NCBI GenBank assembly: GCA_050260055.1
Contig: JBLNBO010000046.1
Coordinates: forward strand, 1,962-65,961
Length of the DNA stretch: 64,000 nucleotides
Source: Ignavibacteriales bacterium
GTDB lineage: Bacteria > Bacillota > Clostridia > Acetivibrionales > UBA4821
Reading direction: 5' to 3'
Shown here: in pieces, positions 58,571 to 64,000 of the stretch
How the letters are laid out: the number at the start of each line of letters is the position of its first letter
Position numbering within the stretch: the first letter of the stretch is position 1
Notes under the pieces: model-generated
Databases searched by the model: none
Told to the model about the DNA's origin: nothing
What the model saw: only the letters and a program-made list of their open reading frames with translations
Position numbers and translations under genes: made by a program

Positions 58571-59409
58571 TGGAACTTTGGTACTCCTTAGTTGATTTTC
58601 TGCTTCCCTTTGATTGGACAAACCATATGTTTATGAAAAATGCACTTCTGGCAGTAATACTTGTTTGTCCCTTGTTTGGGCTTTTAGGCACAATGATTGT
58701 TAATAATAAAATGGCTTTTTTCTCTGATGCAATTGGACATTCAGCACTTACAGGTATTGCAATCGGCGTACTTCTAGGCATGCAAAATCCTATTCTGTCT
58801 ATGCTGGCTTTTTCAATAATCCTGGCGCTTGGGATTTCTGCTGCAAGAAACATAAGCCTTAATTCTACTGATACAATCATAGGAACATTCTCATCAACCG
58901 CAGTTGCTCTTGGTATCGTAATACTTTCTAAGGGCGGGGGCTTTGCAAAATATTCTTCCTATTTGATTGGTGATTTGCTCAGTATTACACCAATGGATTT
59001 GGCATTATTGTTTTTCGTATTTATTTTCATAATTATTACCTGGATTTTGATATTCAACAAGCTTTTTTTAGCTAGTATAAATAAATCTCTAGCTGTAAGC
59101 AAAAAGGTAAATACCGTTTTTGTAGAAACAGCATTTACCCTTATTGTTGCAGTAATAGTAACTATATCAATTCAATGGCTCGGTATATTAATAATTAACT
59201 CTATGCTGGTTCTTCCTTCAGCTTCAGCCAGAAATCTTTCATCAAATATTAAGCAGTATCATATTTTTTCAATTCTCATCTCTCTTATCTCCGGAATAGC
59301 AGGTTTAATATTATCCTACTACTGGGGAACCGCAACCGGAGCGACTATTGTAATTGTTAGCGCAATCTTTTATTTGCTTTCACTTTTCATGGTAAGAACC
59401 AGAAATTGA
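58570..59409 (+). CDS. Metal ABC transporter permease (ZnuB-like)
   Basis: 279 aa with 8-9 TM helices. FFSDAIGHSALTG motif. Confidence 0.88.
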   Translation: MELWYSLVDFLLPFDWTNHMFMKNALLAVILVCPLFGLLGTMIVNNKMAFFSDAIGHSALTGIAIGVLLGMQNPILSMLAFSIILALGISAARNISLNSTDTIIGTFSSTAVALGIVILSKGGGFAKYSSYLIGDLLSITPMDLALLFFVFIFIIITWILIFNKLFLASINKSLAVSKKVNTVFVETAFTLIVAVIVTISIQWLGILIINSMLVLPSASARNLSSNIKQYHIFSILISLISGIAGLILSYYWGTATGATIVIVSAIFYLLSLFMVRTRN

Positions 59410-59410
59410 T

Positions 59411-59608
59411 TTATCTTTCTCGTGCTCTATTTGAGTTAATTCCAAGAAATGCATACATCGGGCAAGCACCTATAGAACCAGTTATTACGGGAAGCAGTCC
59501 AATCAATGCAAGATAGCTTATGGGCCTTTTAAGGATAAAATACAGACTAAATATTAGCATTCCTCCAATTACTCGTACAAACCTCTCAAATATTCCAATA
59601 TTAATCAA
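59411..59608 (-). CDS. DUF2892 (YgaP C-terminal-like) small membrane protein
   Basis: ERFVRVIGG...G.CPMY motif. 65 aa. Confidence 0.7.
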   Translation of the reverse strand: MINIGIFERFVRVIGGMLIFSLYFILKRPISYLALIGLLPVITGSIGACPMYAFLGINSNRARER

Positions 59609-59733
59609 CTTTTACCCTCCTTTATATTTAAACTAATACTATTATTATTTCTTTTTTCTATATATCTATTCCCATTATTTACAATTACTTCAGTCTAAAC
59701 AAAAGAAAAAATCCGGGAACCCCGGATTTCATT

Positions 59734-60927
59734 TTATACTTTTGCCCCGCCTTTTTGTCCTTGCTTGGCTTTATTCAATATATCTGAATTGTAACAATAT
59801 ATGTTCCTATTCTTTTCCTCATTAACCTTGTAAGCTATATCAATCAGCTTATCAATCAACTCAGGATATTTAATACCCGAATGTTCCCATAAGTAGAATG
59901 AGAAAGAACCTGGAATTGTATTTATTTCATTTATATAAGGCTTCATACCTTTTTTCTCAATTATGAAATCAATCCTCGCAACTCCCCTACAGTCCATAGC
60001 CGTAAATGCTGAAATGGAAAGCTTTTTAATTTTCTCAGCAAGCTCATCCTTAATTGGGGCAGGAATCTTTCTTTGCATGCTTTCCATACCTGCTTCTGCC
60101 GAATCTTTTACTCCTCTTGTGTATTTATCTTCGAATGTTAAAAACTCCTCCCAATTAATCGGCTGTTCACAAACAGATGCCTCGATATCATTCCCATATC
60201 CCATTACGGCACAGTTTATTTCAATTGGGCCTTCTACCCCCTGTTCAACAATAATCTTCCTATCATAGTAAACAGCTGTCTCAATAGCCCTTTCAAGTTC
60301 ATCCCTATTTTTAGCTTTACTGATTCCTATGCTTGAACCTAGATTTGCAGGTTTAACAAAAACAGGATATTCAAGTTCAGCTTCAATATTTTTAATGATT
60401 TTATCTTTATCTGCATCCCATTCAACTCTTAGGAAGGTTGAATATTTTAGTATTGGAAGGTCATTGCCTTTGAAAACCGACTTCATAACTGCTTTATCCA
60501 TTCCCACCGCAGAACCTACTACACCAGATCCGACATAAGGAATGTTTGCAAGTTCAAGAAGTCCCTGAATTGTTCCGTCTTCCCCATTCATCCCATGCAT
60601 GGCAGGAATAACAACATCTACTCCTCTGAAGACACTATTTGAAAATATTCCGAATTTCTTTGGATATTGCATTACACCTTTTATTGATGGAACCGGAGGA
60701 ACAAGTACTTTTTTAAATAAGCGTTCTTTATATTCAAAATCTTTGTATACCTCTATATCTAAAAGATTCTTGCCAGTAAACCATTCGCCCTTATTTGAAA
60801 TATAGATTGGAATGATATTGTATTTTTCTTTGTTAATATTCTCGATAAGCTGAAGTCCAGTAACAATTGATACTTCATGCTCAACAGAACATCCTCCGAA
60901 TATTACTGCAACGTTTTGCTTGCTCAT
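59734..60927 (-). CDS. ddl: D-alanine--D-alanine ligase
   Basis: VAVIFGGCSVEHEVS, HGMNGEDGTIQGLLE, PVFVKPANLGSSIGI, EINTIPG. Confidence 0.93.
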   Translation of the reverse strand: MSKQNVAVIFGGCSVEHEVSIVTGLQLIENINKEKYNIIPIYISNKGEWFTGKNLLDIEVYKDFEYKERLFKKVLVPPVPSIKGVMQYPKKFGIFSNSVFRGVDVVIPAMHGMNGEDGTIQGLLELANIPYVGSGVVGSAVGMDKAVMKSVFKGNDLPILKYSTFLRVEWDADKDKIIKNIEAELEYPVFVKPANLGSSIGISKAKNRDELERAIETAVYYDRKIIVEQGVEGPIEINCAVMGYGNDIEASVCEQPINWEEFLTFEDKYTRGVKDSAEAGMESMQRKIPAPIKDELAEKIKKLSISAFTAMDCRGVARIDFIIEKKGMKPYINEINTIPGSFSFYLWEHSGIKYPELIDKLIDIAYKVNEEKNRNIYCYNSDILNKAKQGQKGGAKV

Positions 60928-60944
60928 GGCTTTCCCCCCATTAA

Positions 60945-60986
60945 CTCACCCCCTAGCCCCCTCTCTTAAGATAGAGGGGGAATTGG
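60945..60986 (-). repeat. Hairpin repeat ending GGGTGAGTT, copy C (between ddl and the DUF559 gene)
   Basis: Minus strand reads CCAATTCCCCCTCTATCTTAAGAGAGGGGGCTAGGGGGTGAG. Confidence 0.8.
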
Positions 60987-60993
60987 CAAGTTT

Positions 60994-61332
60994 TTATAGT
61001 AGATTTTTTAAAATATTTTTTATTCTTTCAATATCATATAATTCTTCATTCTTAAATCTTACTACTTTTATATTTAATTGATTGATAATATAGGTTCTTA
61101 AATCATCATAATCTTTTTGTTCTTCATGAACTCCACCATCTATTTCAACTACTAATTTTTTCTCATGACAGAAAAAATCAGCAATAAAAAATCTACTTTG
61201 TCCTTGATATGTAAAGCATAATGCAAATTGTCTAACAAACTTTATACCTAACTTTCTGTTCCTTACAACATCCCAAAATATCTTTTCGCTTTCAGTTTGT
61301 TTTTTCCTTAAGTTTCTAGTTATCTCTATCAT
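60994..61332 (-). CDS. DUF559 endonuclease-domain protein (Vsr/restriction-endonuclease-like fold)
   Basis: 112 aa. RKKQTESEKIFW..LR......F.RQ......ADFFC.EKKLVVEIDGGVH......D..R. This is typical DUF559. Confidence 0.8.
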   Translation of the reverse strand: MIEITRNLRKKQTESEKIFWDVVRNRKLGIKFVRQFALCFTYQGQSRFFIADFFCHEKKLVVEIDGGVHEEQKDYDDLRTYIINQLNIKVVRFKNEELYDIERIKNILKNLL

Positions 61333-61354
61333 CTTTCTTCCTCATATGAACTTC

Positions 61355-61444
61355 TTTCCCTCTATTTTAAGAGAGAAAATTAAGGACTTCGTAGATTTTA
61401 CTATTTTTCCCTCTATCTCGAGAGAGGGAAGATAGAAGGGTGAG
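61355..61444 (+). repeat. Degenerate hairpin (B') followed by hairpin repeat copy B, ending one base before the murF-like stop codon
   Basis: B' is TTTCCCTCTATTTTAAGAGAGAAAA. B is CTTCGTAGATTTTACTATTTTTCCCTCTATCTCGAGAGAGGGAAGATAGAAGGGTGAG. Confidence 0.8.
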
Positions 61445-63058
61445 TTATTCATCGTAGTTATCAGGCAAATCATTTTCAAAGAGAATTACATCTCCTGCTT
61501 TAATTACAGCAGCAAGTTTCGAAGACGCCTCATCAAGACTTGCAGCAACTATTATATTCTCCATTGGAAAGCCTTTATCCTTCAAACCTTCCTGAATTGC
61601 TTCGGTTCTTTTTTTGCCAACCAGTATTGCAATATCTGCAGATTCGGCTATACCCCTGCCAAAATCCTTATTCAGCTCATATTCCTCTTCCCCCAGTTCT
61701 ACCATTCCCGGGGTAATAATTATCTTTCTTCCATGAAACTGTGTAAGGACTTCTAGTGCCATTCTTGCGCCAATAGGATTAGAATTGAATGCATCATCAA
61801 TTACTATTGTACCATTTTGGGTAGGCAAAATTTGCAACCTGTGTGGAACAGGTTGAATCTTGGCAATACCTGCAGAAATCTGCTCAAATGTAAGACCAAG
61901 ATGCTTGGCAATTGCTGCACAACCTAAAATATTAAGTACGTTATGCTTGCCAAGAAGTCTGGTTTTACACTTTACACTCTCACCATCTTTATCTATTAAA
62001 TCGAAATTGCTCCCTGTATCCGAAAGTTCAATGTTTTTTACATATATATCTACTTCATCGAGGTGTTTTTCTAATCCATATAAAATCTTTTCAGTATTTG
62101 CTTTCTTGTAGAGATCATAGCATACTTCATTATCTGATGGGAAAAATCCTATTCCTCCCTGTTCAAGCCCTTCAATTAGCTCATATTTGGTTTTTGCAAT
62201 ATTTTCAATAGTTTTGAAGGTTTCAAGGTGTTGTTTCCCTATTGAACTTATTATTCCGTATTTAGGTCTGACTATATCGCAAAGTTCTTTTATATCTCCT
62301 ATGTTTCTTGCCCCCATTTCGGAAATAAAAACTTGATGAGTATTGTCTAACATTTCGCGTATTACCTTTGTTGTCCCCATTGTTGTATTATAGCTTTCCG
62401 GAGTTGATAACACCTTGTATTTCTCACCTAAAATCGTGGCTAGTATAAATTTTGTACTTGTTTTTCCATAGCTTCCGGTTATCCCGATTTTGATAAGATT
62501 GTCCATTCCAGCAATCTTTTCCCGGGCAGATTCTATATAAGTTCCCTGCCTGTATTTCTCAAAAGGCAAAACGATAGTGTTTGCAAGAAGAGTATTAATC
62601 GGGCATAAAACAAGTGTAGCTGAAAACCAAACCAATAATAAATCAGCCTGCATTCCGGAGAGGAATAAGAATACTGCATAAGATTCGGCAATAATTACAA
62701 ATGCACTTACTACAGCAAGCCTAATCATTCTATGTGTAAATGCCAATGGCTTCTTAACCTTCTTCTTTTTATATGAAGTTATAAACGGCAGTACCGAAAT
62801 TGAAAGAACTGCTATAAGAATAGTAGACAAAAAAGGCATTGAAATATCTATTGCTCTGCCGATTACCAAAACAGCCATAACAAAAGAAAAAGTAAGCAAA
62901 GGCTGAGCAAAAGCAGAATAAAGATTCTTTCCAAGCCAATCTGAATACTGCTTATTTTTATATCCTTCAAGTTGAATGATATGAAGCTGTCTTTTAGCAT
63001 AAAATGCATAGACTGAAAATCCTAACAAATTTGAGAATATTATTAATAATTCTTCCAT
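61445..63058 (-). CDS. murF: MurF-like Mur ligase (UDP-MurNAc-tripeptide--D-Ala-D-Ala ligase family) with an N-terminal polytopic membrane domain
   Basis: Residues 1 to about 165 form 4-5 TM helices. Then GITGSYGKTSTK (P-loop), EMGARNIGDI, GKHNVLNILGCAAIA, IDDAFNSNP. Confidence 0.75.
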   Translation of the reverse strand: MEELLIIFSNLLGFSVYAFYAKRQLHIIQLEGYKNKQYSDWLGKNLYSAFAQPLLTFSFVMAVLVIGRAIDISMPFLSTILIAVLSISVLPFITSYKKKKVKKPLAFTHRMIRLAVVSAFVIIAESYAVFLFLSGMQADLLLVWFSATLVLCPINTLLANTIVLPFEKYRQGTYIESAREKIAGMDNLIKIGITGSYGKTSTKFILATILGEKYKVLSTPESYNTTMGTTKVIREMLDNTHQVFISEMGARNIGDIKELCDIVRPKYGIISSIGKQHLETFKTIENIAKTKYELIEGLEQGGIGFFPSDNEVCYDLYKKANTEKILYGLEKHLDEVDIYVKNIELSDTGSNFDLIDKDGESVKCKTRLLGKHNVLNILGCAAIAKHLGLTFEQISAGIAKIQPVPHRLQILPTQNGTIVIDDAFNSNPIGARMALEVLTQFHGRKIIITPGMVELGEEEYELNKDFGRGIAESADIAILVGKKRTEAIQEGLKDKGFPMENIIVAASLDEASSKLAAVIKAGDVILFENDLPDNYDE

Positions 63059-63060
63059 AA

Positions 63061-63096
63061 CTCACCCCTTAAGCCCCTCTCTTAAAATAGAGGAGT
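63061..63096 (-). repeat. Hairpin repeat ending GGGTGAGTT, copy D, filling the hydrolase-murF intergenic gap
   Basis: Minus strand reads ACTCCTCTATTTTAAGAGAGGGGCTTAAGGGGTGAG followed by TTATG (the murF start). Confidence 0.8.
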
Positions 63097-63098
63097 AA

Positions 63099-63863
63099 TT
63101 ATGCTCCGAAGAAGCTGTCAATAATTTTATTAAACTCCCCGCTTTTATCCAAGTAAGAAAAATGTCCTGCATTCTTTAAAATTACAAGGCCTGAATCATT
63201 TATTTCTCTCTCCATGATTTTACCCATATAAATCGGTGTATCTGTATCATTTTCACCCCAAATTATAAGGGTTGGGGATTTTATATTCTTTAAAAATATC
63301 TTTAAATCTTGATTCACTATCTTAATAAACGAACCCCGCATATTTTCGCTAAGCTCTTTATAATCTGCTGAACCATACTTGCTTCTTGCTTTATTTAGAA
63401 TATTTTCATAGGCTTGCTTATTCCGTACAAATAATTTTATAAGGGTTTTTACAAATTTATATGAATACACCTTAATATAATATTTCAATCTTCTTTTAGG
63501 CTTTATACCGCCACTGTCGACAAGAACAATCTTGTCTATCATTTCAGGGTGTTCTGAAGCAAGAATTATTGTAGCCCTTCCGCCAAAAGAATGGGCAATA
63601 ATGCTTGTCTTTTCAATCTTTAAGGCTTGTAGAAATTTTATAAGGCAATCAGTATATTCCGGCACTCCCCAAGGTGAATCCGGAATTGAACTTTTACCAT
63701 GCCCGGGGAAATCAAGTGAAATTACCCTGAAACGGCTTTTAAGGTGATTGATAACCGGCCTCATGCTGTTAATACAGCCGCCCCAACCGTGAAGAATCAG
63801 CATGTTTTCGCCTTCGCCTTCAATTTCATAATTAATTTTTACGTTTTCTATTTCAATAATCAT
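63099..63863 (-). CDS. Alpha/beta hydrolase fold protein
   Basis: LILHGWGG, nucleophile elbow AHSFGG, C-terminal GHF. Confidence 0.8.
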   Translation of the reverse strand: MIIEIENVKINYEIEGEGENMLILHGWGGCINSMRPVINHLKSRFRVISLDFPGHGKSSIPDSPWGVPEYTDCLIKFLQALKIEKTSIIAHSFGGRATIILASEHPEMIDKIVLVDSGGIKPKRRLKYYIKVYSYKFVKTLIKLFVRNKQAYENILNKARSKYGSADYKELSENMRGSFIKIVNQDLKIFLKNIKSPTLIIWGENDTDTPIYMGKIMEREINDSGLVILKNAGHFSYLDKSGEFNKIIDSFFGA

Positions 63864-63933
63864 CGTAAACCTTTTCTCTCGTCAAATTAAATGCTAGTAA
63901 TATTTTAATTCAATTTCATTTAGGTGTAAACAA

Positions 63934-63978
63934 ATAATACTAAAGGCATCCATATCGGATGCCTTTAGTATTATTTGT
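63934..63978. terminator. Long hairpin (terminator-like) at the window end
   Basis: AATAATACTAAAGGCATCC atatc GGATGCCTTTAGTATTATT. Confidence 0.7.
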
Positions 63979-64000
63979 TCTTTCCTTTTTTGCTTTAAAC

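Noticed and set aside
1-64000. Scan for tRNA, rRNA, CRISPR arrays, transposases/integrases, prophage modules and canonical defence systems
   Set aside because: I saw no cloverleaf-like GTTCGAATC/T-loop contexts, no rRNA-like conserved blocks, no short direct-repeat/spacer arrays, and no DDE, tyrosine or serine recombinase ORFs among the translations. Absence is by eye only. tRNAscan-SE, Infernal and ISEScan would be decisive.

Overview
This is a low-GC Firmicutes (Clostridia-like) chromosomal window with about 60 protein genes, mostly on the minus strand. I found no rRNA, tRNA, CRISPR array, IS element or prophage by eye. Housekeeping genes include proB/proA, ald, glmS with its ribozyme leader, ruvA, ndk, speH, corA, fabI, ddl and a murF-like gene. 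The clearest special content is a metal/metalloid block at about 28.7-40.9 kb. Its core is a tightly packed arsR-hgcA-hgcB-acr3 operon: HgcA carries the NVWCAAGK cap-helix signature and five C-terminal TM helices, and HgcB is a 2x[4Fe-4S] ferredoxin ending in CC. This is the mercury-methylation gene pair placed inside an arsenic-type resistance operon. Next to it lie an APC permease fused to tandem Ig-like repeats, a DUF1259 gene, a P1B-type ATPase with a perfect CsoR-type palindromic operator, and csoR. Candidates with no obvious precedent are listed below.
- A tandem pair of 110/112-nt structured units (13827-14048) whose two hairpins differ by compensatory substitutions.
- A hairpin repeat family ending in GGGTGAGTT. 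Copies flank a DUF559 endonuclease gene inserted in a hydrolase-murF-ddl operon, with further copies elsewhere.
- A 740-aa membrane-anchored SpoVK/CbbX-like AAA+ protein with a degenerate Walker B, overlapping proB.
- A CoaB / class II aldolase / GNAT triple fusion.
- A secreted protein with 13 cysteines.
- A SigE/K-like sigma factor without a pro-sequence.
- A uvsE gene with no canonical start codon.
All calls rest on reading the translations and the DNA by eye. No database search was run, and statements about GC content are visual impressions.
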